Assembly (NCBI GenBank): GCA_050287085.1
Contig: JBNKBE010000006.1
Location: 74,381 to 138,380, forward strand
Direction: 5' to 3'
DNA from: Polyangiaceae bacterium
GTDB lineage: Bacteria > Myxococcota_A > Polyangia > Polyangiales > Polyangiaceae
Length of the DNA stretch: 64,000 bases
A program made the translations under genes and the position numbers. The notes under the pieces are model-generated. The model was not told the origin of the DNA. It saw only the letters and a program-made list of their open reading frames with translations, and did not search any database. Positions 1 to 9,455 of this stretch are shown piece after piece; the first letter of the stretch is position 1; every line of letters starts with the position of its first letter.

Positions 1-94
1 CTACCGCGCCGCTGTGCCTACCGCGCCGCTGTGCCTACCGCGCCGCTGTGCCTACCGCGCCGCTGTGCCTACCGCGCCGCTGTGCCTACCGCGC
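1..94. repeat. 17-bp tandem repeat CTACCGCGCCGCTGTGC, 5 full copies plus a partial; may continue beyond the window edge
   Basis: Identical units at 1, 18, 35, 52 and 69; the partial at 86 overlaps the stop codon of the 86..673 gene; no spacers. Confidence 0.95.
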
Positions 95-673
95 GCCTCG
101 CAGAGCTGCCTGAATCTGTGCCTCGAGCTCTCCGTCACGAGTCTGTGTGTAACCCTCGGTCCGGCGCAGAATTCGACCGTCTCGGTCGACCAACACGCTG
201 TAGGGAGCGCTGGTCTTGGGGTTGTACAAGCTGACCACCTCTGACGACTCGTCCAGTAAGACGGGAAATGGCACCTGCAAGCGGGAGGTTTCCGTGCGCA
301 CCTGGGCAATCGACTCCGGGCCATCGATAGAGACCCCGAGAACAACAAAGCCCTCGTCTCGATAGCGCTCGTAGAGCTCGGCCAGATGGGGCATGGCGTG
401 GAGGCAGGGTTCGCAGTAGGTCGCCCAAAAATCGATCAAGACCACCCGTCCGCGATGCTCTGACAGGCGCAGCGCGCGCCCTTGCAGATCGTAGAGTTCG
501 AAATCAGGGGCACCGTCCCGGGTGACCGTATTGGAGCTCGCCTCCGTCGCGTCGGCGCTGACGCTGCGAGCGGGATTCGAATTCGCCAGCGCGGGCTCCT
601 GGGGCGCGTGGGCCGTGCAGGCCATCACGAGCCCCGGCCACAAGAGATACGATCGGTAGCTCAACTTCCGCAT
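86..673 (-). CDS. TlpA/ResA-family thiol-disulfide oxidoreductase, probable lipoprotein
   Basis: APDFEL..VVLIDFWATYCEPC thioredoxin-fold motif; VMAC lipobox-like signal. Confidence 0.9.
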   Translation of the reverse strand: MRKLSYRSYLLWPGLVMACTAHAPQEPALANSNPARSVSADATEASSNTVTRDGAPDFELYDLQGRALRLSEHRGRVVLIDFWATYCEPCLHAMPHLAELYERYRDEGFVVLGVSIDGPESIAQVRTETSRLQVPFPVLLDESSEVVSLYNPKTSAPYSVLVDRDGRILRRTEGYTQTRDGELEAQIQAALRGAR

Positions 674-702
674 AGCCTCAACACACTCGACGCCAGAACA
701 GC

Positions 703-1533
703 TCAGCGTCCGCGGGCGCTCAACTCACGATCGATCTTGTCGAATATGTCCGCCGAGTAACCGGTGTACGACACGAGGATTTCCATCGTGCGAGCATCTA
801 TCACCATATTCATCGGAGTTGCGGACTTGTCGAAGTAGGCGCCCGTGGTGAATCCGGGATCCATGACGAAGGGGAAGTCGACGTTGAAGGCTTCCGTCCA
901 CGTGGTCATGTCCTCATACTTCGGCTCGCGACTGTCGAGGTCCTCGAATAGAACCCCCACGATCTCCAGCCCGCGCGGCCCATACTCCTCGTACAGCCCT
1001 GTGCTGTCGATCTCGCGATACTCGAGCTGACAAGCGCTGCACCACAACGCCACGGCGTTGAATAGGATGAGTTCGACGTTGCCGTCACCATCAGGGTTGT
1101 AGAAGTCGCTGAGCGAGATCGGCTCGGCTCGCTTCATATCGAAACCCGCCTCCACCGGATCGCGCAACCCGAGCCAACTGAGATTGGCAATGCGGCTGCC
1201 CGCGAGCACTCCGTAAGGCCCCTCAGGATACGCGACCGGCTGATAACCTGGTATCAGCCCGTCGAAGGGCGCGTTCGTTTCGCCATCGGTGTCAGCCACG
1301 GTGGGCGACTTGGACCCCTCCGACGCTGTGCCGCGCTCAGGCTCCCGGACTTGGCTCGTCTCGCCCCCACTCTCGCCGAAACCCGCATCGCCCCCGCACC
1401 CCACCGCAACCCAGCCGAGAAAGGCGCAGCAATAGACCGCACGAGTGGCGGCTCCCCGTGGCAAAGATGGTCCGACTCCCCGCGAAGAAAGCGGAAGGGC
1501 CCCGAGGTTCAACGTATTCTCCGCTTTGGTCAT
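703..1533 (-). CDS. Redoxin/thioredoxin-like lipoprotein; start uncertain (ORF track extends to 1686)
   Basis: ALWCSAC CxxC motif, TPMNMVID cis-Pro loop, AVGC lipobox, YPEGPYG motif. Confidence 0.8.
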   Translation of the reverse strand: MTKAENTLNLGALPLSSRGVGPSLPRGAATRAVYCCAFLGWVAVGCGGDAGFGESGGETSQVREPERGTASEGSKSPTVADTDGETNAPFDGLIPGYQPVAYPEGPYGVLAGSRIANLSWLGLRDPVEAGFDMKRAEPISLSDFYNPDGDGNVELILFNAVALWCSACQLEYREIDSTGLYEEYGPRGLEIVGVLFEDLDSREPKYEDMTTWTEAFNVDFPFVMDPGFTTGAYFDKSATPMNMVIDARTMEILVSYTGYSADIFDKIDRELSARGR

Positions 1534-1593
1534 AGGGTACCTCACAAGATGGCATGGAAACCTAGCGCCAGACCGCCCATATAGCAATGGACT

Positions 1594-1635
1594 CGCTCGC
1601 CGCTCGCCGCAGACCGCTCGCCGCTCGCCGCGGAC
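1594..1635. repeat. 21-bp tandem duplication in the divergent intergenic region
   Basis: CGCTCGCCGCTCGCCGC(A/G)GAC x2. Confidence 0.8.
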
Positions 1636-1788
1636 CGAAGCCCGCCCCAGCCAAGCGCCAGAGGCACGCTCGTGGGGATTGCGCACGACGCATCTCCCAA
1701 GTAAATCGTCAACATGACGACTGTTTCTCGTCGCACGCGCGCGTGCTCAGGGCCCAAGCTCCAGGGGCTCAGCGCCTCGCGGCTGGAA

Positions 1789-3087
1789 ATGGTTAGGGCT
1801 GGCTATCGAATGCTGGGGCTGCTGGTCGTGCTCTTGGGCTGCTCACAGCGAGCCAAGTCCGATTGCGACGCCGGAGACTGCAGCACCTGTCGAGACGACA
1901 CGTGTCAGGATGGAGCTCGCTGCGTATTCGGCCAGTGCCAGGCCTCCTGCGCGGGTCGCGATGACTGCGAGGGCCGGGAGGTGTGTGCTCGGGTGCGGAC
2001 CGATCATGGCGCCGAAGGCCAATTCTGCATCGCCGAGTCTCGAGTGAGCGGCAGCGGCGACAACGATGGCGCGAGCGGTGACAACGACGCGCCCGGCAAG
2101 ACTCGAAGCTGTGAGACCAGCGAGGACTGTTCGGACCAGCGCGAAGAGCGCTGCGTGAAGGGTACGTGCCAAGTTGCGTGCTTGCAGCACGCTCACTGCG
2201 GCAGCGCCGGCTACTGCGACGAAGCGACCACAGACGACGACGGCAACCCGGTCCGATTGTGTGTGGCCGACGCATTTCCGCGAGGCCCCGGTCAGTTTGA
2301 ATCCAGCTGCGTCGATGGCCGCGCCGATTGTGCCGACGACTTCGTTTGCATCACCGCGGGCGAAGGGGATTTGGCAAGTTATTGCACAACCGGTGGCTGC
2401 CAGGCGGACGCGGAATGCCCCACCGGCTATTATTGCCACGAACAGCGCGTTCGGGTCGCGCCCCCGTGTGAAGACCAATGCGGACTGCGCGGCGCTCCGG
2501 GTACTGAAAACTGCATTCCAAAAGCGGACATCGGTCCCGACAAGACCTATCAGTGCACAGAAGGCGGCATCGTCGAGCACGTCTGCCGTCGCAAGGATTA
2601 CTGCACCCCCTGTGACTCCGACGCCGACTGCGCAGCTCTCCCCAATCAGGTTTGCGCCGAAGGCCCCGACGGAGAAAGAAGCTGCACCACGCTATGCGAT
2701 CCCGCCCGCCCAAGCTGCCCCTGGGGGAGCGCAAGCGAGTGTGCCGTATTCGACCGCAAGCTGAACCGACACACCTGCGGCCCTCGCGCGGGCAGCTGCC
2801 GCGGCGAAGGGGGCTCCTGCACTGCATGCCTGGACGATCGAGATTGTCCATCCGGTTTCTGTATTGTCGAAGCCTACTCAAAAGAGCGGTATTGCTTCGA
2901 TGCGACGACGAGCTGCGAATGCGATGATAACGCTGCCGCTTGCGTTGGCGGCGGTTGTCCCATGACCCCAGGAGGGCTGGAGATGAACTGCTACGCCGAC
3001 CTGGGCGGCCCGTTTCAGAACGTGTGTCTGGGCGCCGCCACCGTTCCTGGTGACCCCAGTAGTCGCGCAGGGTGCTGGCCCCAATAA
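1789..3087 (+). CDS. Cysteine-rich repeat lipoprotein
   Basis: LLGC lipobox followed by 52 further Cys (manual count) in recurring CxxDxDC-type modules. Confidence 0.8.
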   Translation: MVRAGYRMLGLLVVLLGCSQRAKSDCDAGDCSTCRDDTCQDGARCVFGQCQASCAGRDDCEGREVCARVRTDHGAEGQFCIAESRVSGSGDNDGASGDNDAPGKTRSCETSEDCSDQREERCVKGTCQVACLQHAHCGSAGYCDEATTDDDGNPVRLCVADAFPRGPGQFESSCVDGRADCADDFVCITAGEGDLASYCTTGGCQADAECPTGYYCHEQRVRVAPPCEDQCGLRGAPGTENCIPKADIGPDKTYQCTEGGIVEHVCRRKDYCTPCDSDADCAALPNQVCAEGPDGERSCTTLCDPARPSCPWGSASECAVFDRKLNRHTCGPRAGSCRGEGGSCTACLDDRDCPSGFCIVEAYSKERYCFDATTSCECDDNAAACVGGGCPMTPGGLEMNCYADLGGPFQNVCLGAATVPGDPSSRAGCWPQ

Positions 3088-3184
3088 CCCCGCGGCTCGT
3101 TCATTCGTTCACCGCACCCGCGACGCAGTTCCCAAATTTCGCTACAGGTTGGGTGCGCGCTGACGTTCTGTAGGCGTAAAGCCA

Positions 3185-4333
3185 ATGTTCGACGAACGAC
3201 GTGTTGCTGACTACCGCCTCGGCCCTGAGCTGGGCACCTGGGGAACGCAATCGGTCTATCGCGCTACTCGCTCGAGCGATGGTGAGCGTGTGTTGTTGGT
3301 GACGTTGCCCGTTCAGCAACGGGAGGAGCCAACGGCTCGAGCGCGCTTCGCGCGTCAGCTCAAGCTCCTAACGCGCCTGCAAGGCGAGTGTGTCCCCCGC
3401 GCCAGAGGTGTCGTCCGAGACGACACCGGCGAACCCTGGCTGGTCTTGGAGCGCCCGCCTGGAACCACCTTGGCCCACGTGCTCGCCGAAACCAACCTGC
3501 GAACTGACGAAGCTTGCACCATTGCGTTGTGTGTGCTCGACGCATTGTCTGACGCCCACGCTCAAGGCTTGGTTCATGGCTATATCAGCCCTGAGAATGT
3601 AGTCCTCGACCTCGACGGCGAGCAACTCGATCGCCCCTGGGCCGTCCTCCTCGGGATCGGCGCGGCGGAGGCGGGTCAGTCTACCCCTCTCGCTTCGGCC
3701 GAGGGTCGCGAACTGGCGCCCGAGGTCCGTGCAGGCCAACCCGTGTCATCCTACAGCGATATTTTCCAGGTCGGCGCCCTGCTCTTCGAAATGCTGAGTG
3801 GACGGCCCTACTCGGGGGCTGGCGGCGAAGAAATCCGCCGTGCGCTGCTGGCGAAGAACGCCGGGACCTCGCCTGAGCTGGTCCTGGTGCTCGAACAGGC
3901 GCTGGCGGACCAAGCCGGAGATCGACCGGATTCGGCCGAAGACCTAGCCCAGGCGCTGTTTTCCTTCATCCCAATCGGCGACGACACGACGCGCTTGCCA
4001 GCGCGCTACGTGTGCCCAGACTCCTGGGACTTCAGGGCGGGTAGTTTGCCCGCGTGGGTGATCGCCCAAGCGCCAAGGCCCGCTGCCGATTCCGCGTGTC
4101 CCGAAGACATGCTGGTCGCTCCCGAGTTTCCGCGCGCGCCTCAAGCCCCTCGCCTGGACAGCCTCTTTCGAGATGTATTCGATATCAGCAGCCTGCCCCC
4201 GCCACCGCGTCAGCGAACCGGCGCCCCGTCGCGGCGAACCCTGGATGAGCGCGAGAATCGAGCGGCAGCCGTTGCCGTCAGCGCTGGGGCGGGTCTAGGC
4301 GCTGCCCTCGCTTGGCTGAGCGCGCTGTTCTAG
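3185..4333 (+). CDS. Ser/Thr kinase-like protein, probably a pseudokinase, with C-terminal membrane segment
   Basis: Kinase subdomain spacing kept (LVHGYISPENV, LAPE, SDIFQVGALLFEMLSG, RP) but catalytic K, HRD Asp and DFG Asp are absent. Confidence 0.8.
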   Translation: MFDERRVADYRLGPELGTWGTQSVYRATRSSDGERVLLVTLPVQQREEPTARARFARQLKLLTRLQGECVPRARGVVRDDTGEPWLVLERPPGTTLAHVLAETNLRTDEACTIALCVLDALSDAHAQGLVHGYISPENVVLDLDGEQLDRPWAVLLGIGAAEAGQSTPLASAEGRELAPEVRAGQPVSSYSDIFQVGALLFEMLSGRPYSGAGGEEIRRALLAKNAGTSPELVLVLEQALADQAGDRPDSAEDLAQALFSFIPIGDDTTRLPARYVCPDSWDFRAGSLPAWVIAQAPRPAADSACPEDMLVAPEFPRAPQAPRLDSLFRDVFDISSLPPPPRQRTGAPSRRTLDERENRAAAVAVSAGAGLGAALAWLSALF

Positions 4334-4410
4334 GCCACGCCTGACTCGGTCCAGAACACCCCGCGCGGGAGTCACTCTCACTCCCCACCTCCCCGCGACG
4401 GCGTAGCGCG

Positions 4411-4439
4411 TTGACAGCGTCGCTCGGTACGCGTAAGTG
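4411..4439 (+). promoter_or_regulatory. Possible sigma70-type promoter for mrp
   Basis: TTGACA-17 bp-TAAGTG ending 8 nt before the ATG; the -10 is weak. Confidence 0.35.
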
Positions 4440-4447
4440 CCAGCGAC

Positions 4448-5317
4448 ATGACTCCCGGTGCCCCGTCGCCCGAATCCACTTCCCTGCTGTCCTCGGTGCG
4501 CCACGTCGTACTTGTCATGAGTGGCAAAGGCGGGGTGGGCAAAAGCACCGTCTGCACCAACCTCGCCCTGGCCCTCCGACGCCGCGGTCACGAGGTCGGA
4601 CTGCTCGACGCGGACATGTACGGTCCGAGTATTCCGACAATGCTGGGTGTGCACGGACGCCCCGTGGGCGATGGGCAGCGAATCGAGCCGTTGACGCGCT
4701 TTGGTCTGAAGTTGATGAGCGCTGGGTTTCTGCTGGAGGACGCGAAGAGTGCCGTAGTTTGGCGCGGTCCGATGCTGCACGGCGCACTGCTTCAATTCAT
4801 GCGCGATGTGAACTGGGGCAAGCTTGACTACCTGCTGATGGACCTGCCTCCCGGCACGGGCGATATCGCATTGACCCTGGCGCAGAACGTCCAGGCGCGC
4901 GGCGCGGTGATCGTGACGACACCTCAAGAGGTGGCGCTCGTCGACGTGTACAAGTCGGTGTCGATGAACAAAAAGGTTGGCATCGCAACGCTGGGCGTCG
5001 TCGAAAACGAAAGCTACTTCGTGTGTGACCAATGCGACAAGCGCCACACCCTATTCGGCGTGGGTGGAGGACAGAAGATCGCAGACTTTGCGGGTTCGAG
5101 GCTGCTGGGGCAGCTCCCCATCGATCCTCAGATCGGCAGATGGGCCGATGCTGGCACACCGATCGTACAGGCCTCACCGGGCTCTGCCGTCGCCCAAGCC
5201 TTCATGACCATCGCCGACGAGCTCGTCGCAGAATGCGAGTCCCGAAGCCAAGAGAAGGCGTTGGAAATCGACCGTAGCGGCGGAGCACAGCGCCACCTCC
5301 CGATCGCGCGCAACTAG
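4448..5317 (+). CDS. mrp: Mrp/ApbC/NBP35 Fe-S cluster carrier ATPase
   Basis: SGKGGVGKST, DADMYGPSIP, WRGPM, DLPPGTGD, VTTPQ, CDQC. Confidence 0.93.
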   Translation: MTPGAPSPESTSLLSSVRHVVLVMSGKGGVGKSTVCTNLALALRRRGHEVGLLDADMYGPSIPTMLGVHGRPVGDGQRIEPLTRFGLKLMSAGFLLEDAKSAVVWRGPMLHGALLQFMRDVNWGKLDYLLMDLPPGTGDIALTLAQNVQARGAVIVTTPQEVALVDVYKSVSMNKKVGIATLGVVENESYFVCDQCDKRHTLFGVGGGQKIADFAGSRLLGQLPIDPQIGRWADAGTPIVQASPGSAVAQAFMTIADELVAECESRSQEKALEIDRSGGAQRHLPIARN

Positions 5318-5516
5318 ACGCCCTTCGAGCTCAGCGTTCAGGTCTGTGCCCCGAGCCAACTCGCAGGCCTATCCGGTGAAAGTGATACCGAAACGTCCGC
5401 CACTACTACCGCCACAGCGGCAGATAGGGCGGCAAACAAAAAGCGCTAAAACGAGGCTTGCGCGTTGGCAGGCGCGCTCGGCCGCGATATACGCTCGGGT
5501 TCCTTAGCAGGTCACG

Positions 5517-7340
5517 ATGTCAGCGAACACAACAGAAACCACCCCGGAATCGCAGCTCGCTCAAGGGGCGCAGGCCGTTCCCGAAGCGCAGGCCGTTCCC
5601 GAAGCGCAGGCCGTCCCCGAGGCGCAGGCTGTTCCCGAAGCGCAAGCCGTACCGGGTTCACCCAGCGGCGAAGCGCAGCCCGCAGCCCTTTCAAGAGCTG
5701 AAGGCGAGGCTCCCAGCGCGGCCCCCATCTCGGACGATGCGGCCCCAGCGCCCGGCCCACTTGAGGCTGCCTCCAGCCCGGTCGCTACTGCCGAGCCAGG
5801 TGCCGGGACAACACCCGATCCGGATGCGGACGCTGAGCCAGGGACCCATGCGCCGAGCGAAGCCAGCGCCGAGGCCACAAGCGCCGACGGTGAACCGAAG
5901 AAGAAGCGGCGACGACGCAAGAAGAAGAAGGGCGCTCCCGAGACGGACGCTCCTGCCACCGAGCGGGCGCCGTTTCACGTTGGAGAAGAGGTCTTCGGAC
6001 GGGTCACAGCGGTGTTGCCGGAGGCGATCATGGTGGATCTGTCCGGCAAAGCGCTGGGCATCTTCGACCGCGAAGAGATGGAGGCCGATGATCTGGTTCC
6101 CAACGAGGGTGACCGCTTCCTAGCGCGCGTCCATCACACCAGCAACCGCGGTGGCCTAACGGTATTAACCCGCAAGCCGCTACGCGAAGAGGACTCGCGC
6201 AAAGCCGTGGAAGAGGCGGCCAAGAGCGGTCAGACCGTCAGGGGACTGGTCACCGGCGTAATCAAGGGCGGCGTGGACGTGGACTTGTCGGGCCTACGCG
6301 CCTTCGCCCCCGCCTCGGGCATGGATTTGCATCCGCAAAATGCGAACTTTGCAGCGCTCGTTGGAACGCGGCTCGAGTTCAAAGTCACTCAATTCGACAA
6401 TAGCGGGCGCGACGTTGTCGTCACGCGACGCCCCATGCTGGAAGCCGAGGCCCACGAGCGTCGCAAGAAGGCGCTCGAGATCCTGCAAGAGGGTAGCGTC
6501 ATGCCCGGCACGGTTCGCACCGTGGTCGAATGGGGTGTCTTCGTTGCCCTTCCAGAAGCAGAAAACCTGGAGGGCCTGGTGCACGCCAGTGAAGCCTCCC
6601 ACGACCCTCGCGCCAAGCTAGCTGACTTGTTCAAACCCGGGGACAAGATCGAAGTCAAGATCAACAAGATCGACGACAAGGGCAAGATCTGGCTCAGCCG
6701 CAAAGCACTGATCGCCGACCCTTGGAAAGAAGCCAAGGAGAAGTACCCTTCCGGGGCTCGCTTCTCGACCAAGATCACCCGCGTTGAAGCGTTCGGCGCA
6801 TTCTGCCAGCTTGATGGCATCGAAGGACTCATTCACGTCTCGGACCTCAGCCCCCAGCGCGTGGCCCACGCCAATGAGGTGGTGAAGCCCGGGGACGAAC
6901 TCGAAGTCGTGGTTCACCAATTCGACCTCCGCAACCACAAGGTGGCGCTGCACCCGGCGCTCACCGGAGCCCACGCTGACGAAGCGCCGCAGAAAGTCAC
7001 TAAGAACGCTAGCGTCAAGGTTGAGGTGCTCAAGGCTGAAGGGGCCGGCGTTCAGGTGCGGATCAAGGGTGCGACCGGACGCGCTGCGCGAGGGTTCATC
7101 CCGGCGGGGCAAACAGGCACCCAGCGCGGTACCGACCTTCGCAAGCACTTCAAAGTCGGCGAGGAGCTTGAAGTGGCCGTCATCGACATCGATCCACGAC
7201 GGGGCGAACCCAAGTTGAGTATCCGCCGCTTCCACGAAAACGAGGAGCGCAGCGCCCACCGCGAATACCGGAAGCAACTCGCCGCCGAAGGCGGATTCGG
7301 TACGCTTGGAGATCTCCTGCGCAAGAGCCTGAGTCACTAA
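5517..7340 (+). CDS. Ribosomal protein S1-like RNA-binding protein (about five S1 domains) with a long low-complexity N-terminus; possibly a paralog rather than the main rpsA
   Basis: Repeated S1 motifs (VTGVIKGG, EWGVFV..EGLVHASE, AFGAF..EGLIHVSDLS) and C-terminal GFGTLGDLL. Confidence 0.88.
   Translation: MSANTTETTPESQLAQGAQAVPEAQAVPEAQAVPEAQAVPEAQAVPGSPSGEAQPAALSRAEGEAPSAAPISDDAAPAPGPLEAASSPVATAEPGAGTTPDPDADAEPGTHAPSEASAEATSADGEPKKKRRRRKKKKGAPETDAPATERAPFHVGEEVFGRVTAVLPEAIMVDLSGKALGIFDREEMEADDLVPNEGDRFLARVHHTSNRGGLTVLTRKPLREEDSRKAVEEAAKSGQTVRGLVTGVIKGGVDVDLSGLRAFAPASGMDLHPQNANFAALVGTRLEFKVTQFDNSGRDVVVTRRPMLEAEAHERRKKALEILQEGSVMPGTVRTVVEWGVFVALPEAENLEGLVHASEASHDPRAKLADLFKPGDKIEVKINKIDDKGKIWLSRKALIADPWKEAKEKYPSGARFSTKITRVEAFGAFCQLDGIEGLIHVSDLSPQRVAHANEVVKPGDELEVVVHQFDLRNHKVALHPALTGAHADEAPQKVTKNASVKVEVLKAEGAGVQVRIKGATGRAARGFIPAGQTGTQRGTDLRKHFKVGEELEVAVIDIDPRRGEPKLSIRRFHENEERSAHREYRKQLAAEGGFGTLGDLLRKSLSH
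5568..5654 (+). repeat. In-frame 18-bp repeat encoding (AQAVPE)x4 + AQAVP
   Basis: GCGCAGGCCGTTCCCGAA-type units with synonymous variation. Confidence 0.92.
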
Positions 7341-7424
7341 GCGATTGGCCCACTAGCCGGCACCACCCCACCCTTTTTTGCTCCCGGATCCAAACCTGCG
7401 AAGGATGCGGGTGTCGGAACCGGG

Positions 7425-8078
7425 GTGAAGTCGCTTGCGCCCGGGGCTGCCCTAGCCGACCTTCCCCCGCCAGCCGGGGAGCGCTCAGAGGCGCTCGGAA
7501 CCAGTTCCGATGTTGCTTTGATGAGCGCAGCGAAGGCGGGGAATGCGTCGGCATTCTCTGCCCTCGTGCTTAGATATCAGCCGCGGCTCCAGCGTTTGGC
7601 GGCCAATCTCCTACGAGATGCTGCCGTTGCGGAAGACATCACCCAGGAAGTCTTCGTGCGCGCCTACCGGGCCCTCGCGCGCTTCGACGGACGCAGCCAG
7701 CCATTCACTTGGTTCTATCGCATCACCGTTAACCTGTCGCTGAACCGACTCCGCGCAGACAAGAAACGGCAGTTTGAAACACCGCTGACGGCGCCAGGGG
7801 TAGAACAGGCCTTGCTTGCGTCTAGGAGGCACGGCGCCCCGGATCAGGCCGCACAGCAGCGGCAACTGCGCACCGCGCTCGATCGCGGGCTCAACACGCT
7901 CAGCGAAACCCTAAGAACGACATTGCTCCTCGTGTTGGTGGAAGGACTATCGCACAGCGAAGCGGCAAGCGTTCTCGGTTGCCCAGAGGGCACCATCGCG
8001 TGGCGCGTGCACGAGGCGCGGCGCCAACTGCGAAGCATATTGCTCAGCGCCGGACACCTCGAAGGAGCCTCCGAATGA
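7425..8078 (+). CDS. ECF RNA polymerase sigma factor
   Basis: AEDITQEVFVRAY..FTWFYRITVN (region 2); EGLSHSEAASVLGCPEGTIAWRVHEAR (region 4). Confidence 0.92.
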   Translation: MKSLAPGAALADLPPPAGERSEALGTSSDVALMSAAKAGNASAFSALVLRYQPRLQRLAANLLRDAAVAEDITQEVFVRAYRALARFDGRSQPFTWFYRITVNLSLNRLRADKKRQFETPLTAPGVEQALLASRRHGAPDQAAQQRQLRTALDRGLNTLSETLRTTLLLVLVEGLSHSEAASVLGCPEGTIAWRVHEARRQLRSILLSAGHLEGASE

Positions 8079-9244
8079 ACCAAGAAGCGCTGCTGGCCGA
8101 GCTACTCGTCGACGACGATGCGTTGGACAACGCCGTCCGCGAGCACTTCATGCTTGGACATGCGGACAATGAATCGAAGGTTCAGTGCGCGGGCCCCGGT
8201 CATCCCTCGAGCCCTGAGCTCAGACGTCAGACCGTGTTTCGCCCCGCCTGTTGGGCACCCGAAGGTCCAATTCGTCGAATTGAGGCCAAGCTGCTCGAAG
8301 AGCGCCAAGCGTCAGTCCCGAGGGAATGCGAGGACCTGTGGCTGGCCGCCCCGCTGCCGGAACACAGCGCCGAAATGGCGGAACGCAGCGCCGAAGCCGC
8401 CCGGAATGAACATCGGGCACCCCGACGTCCTCCGGCGCATTCCGGGGTGATAGTGAAGGACAATGCGTCGCTGGCTTGGCACGCTGAAGACCCGTCGGGC
8501 GCCACTGAACGGCTCGCGTCCGCCCCCTCCGCGGCCATCACCTCGCACTGCAGAGTCCGCGCGAATGCTCCGGCGCGGCTTTCGCGGGGGGTGTATTGGA
8601 CCTGCCTTGGACTCGCCGCCGCGGCGGTGCTGTGGGTGCATCAGAGTGGTCGTCAGGCAAGCGGAGACCTCGCGGGCGCACGGCGAGCCCCTCCCCGGGA
8701 GCCGGTCGCTGCCCAAGGTCCTTCACCGCTGAAACAAGCACCGAACATGCACGGCGAGTTGAAGCCATCACGAGTGTGGCGATTTGAAGAGCTCCCCGCA
8801 GAAGGGCGTAGGCCCGTCCAGCCTCTGCCGCCAATGGCAAGTAAGAGTCGTGGCGCCACACGAGGCCCCGGATGGCCATCGAAGGCTGAGACCACGCCAA
8901 ACCTATCGCGGCCCCCAAGCACCGAGGTGCCACCACGAGTGGCGCCGCAGCCGGAGCCGCTGATCCCGGCCGCTGCCGCGCGTCAACTGCGGCTTGCCCC
9001 CTCACCGGCAGAGCTCAGCACGGCACTTGCGGTCGGCCGAATGCGGGCAACCCGCTGCGTGGCGACCGACATCGAGGTGCGGGTCGCGTTTGGAGCGGAC
9101 GGTCGCGTCACCGCTCTGGGACCGCTGGGCGCCCGGCTCGAACCCGCGGCTCAGAATTGCCTTCGGGAGGCCTTCCAGCCGGTGCGCGTTGCGCCATTTG
9201 GCGGCGAATATGCCACCCGGACCTGGATCCGTCGGCAACGGTAG
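8075..9244 (+). CDS. Single-pass membrane protein, candidate anti-sigma factor
   Basis: ATG overlaps the sigma stop (ATGA); one TM segment, Pro-rich linker, C-terminal two-Cys domain (VRVAFGADGRV). Confidence 0.6.
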   Translation: MNQEALLAELLVDDDALDNAVREHFMLGHADNESKVQCAGPGHPSSPELRRQTVFRPACWAPEGPIRRIEAKLLEERQASVPRECEDLWLAAPLPEHSAEMAERSAEAARNEHRAPRRPPAHSGVIVKDNASLAWHAEDPSGATERLASAPSAAITSHCRVRANAPARLSRGVYWTCLGLAAAAVLWVHQSGRQASGDLAGARRAPPREPVAAQGPSPLKQAPNMHGELKPSRVWRFEELPAEGRRPVQPLPPMASKSRGATRGPGWPSKAETTPNLSRPPSTEVPPRVAPQPEPLIPAAAARQLRLAPSPAELSTALAVGRMRATRCVATDIEVRVAFGADGRVTALGPLGARLEPAAQNCLREAFQPVRVAPFGGEYATRTWIRRQR

Positions 9245-9318
9245 CGGCGCAGGCCTGCGCGCTCGAACGCTGCTGCGCCCCAGGCCATTTTGAACGCGAG
9301 AAAAGCCGTGCGTGAGCG

Positions 9319-9347
9319 TTGACATCCCCTTGGCTTTCCCTCATATT
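9319..9347 (+). promoter_or_regulatory. Sigma70-type promoter with GC-rich discriminator upstream of the small ORF and rpsT
   Basis: TTGACA (9319-9324)-17 bp-CATATT (9342-9347), then CCCGCGC. Confidence 0.65.
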
Positions 9348-9356
9348 CCCGCGCCC

Positions 9357-9455
9357 TGGGCCCGGCCGACCGCCGGTCTGATAGGTGAAACCGGTAGTCC
9401 TAGCCCCGGCTGGTCCTGAGGGACAAGTCTAGCTGCTGAGCGCACACCGGCCCCA
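9357..9455 (+). promoter_or_regulatory. Candidate structured 5' leader RNA (three-way junction)
   Basis: Complementary segments 9357-65/9447-55, 9368-77/9390-99, 9408-16/9421-29, found by eye. Confidence 0.45.

Noticed and set aside
1..94. CRISPR array (also considered for 25262, 32948 and 61065)
   Set aside because: Units are head-to-tail with no unique spacers, and there are no cas genes in the window
9378..9391. Hammerhead-like core CTGATAGGTGAAAC
   Set aside because: Reads CUGAUAG rather than CUGANGA, leaves no room for stem II, and sits in a simple hairpin loop
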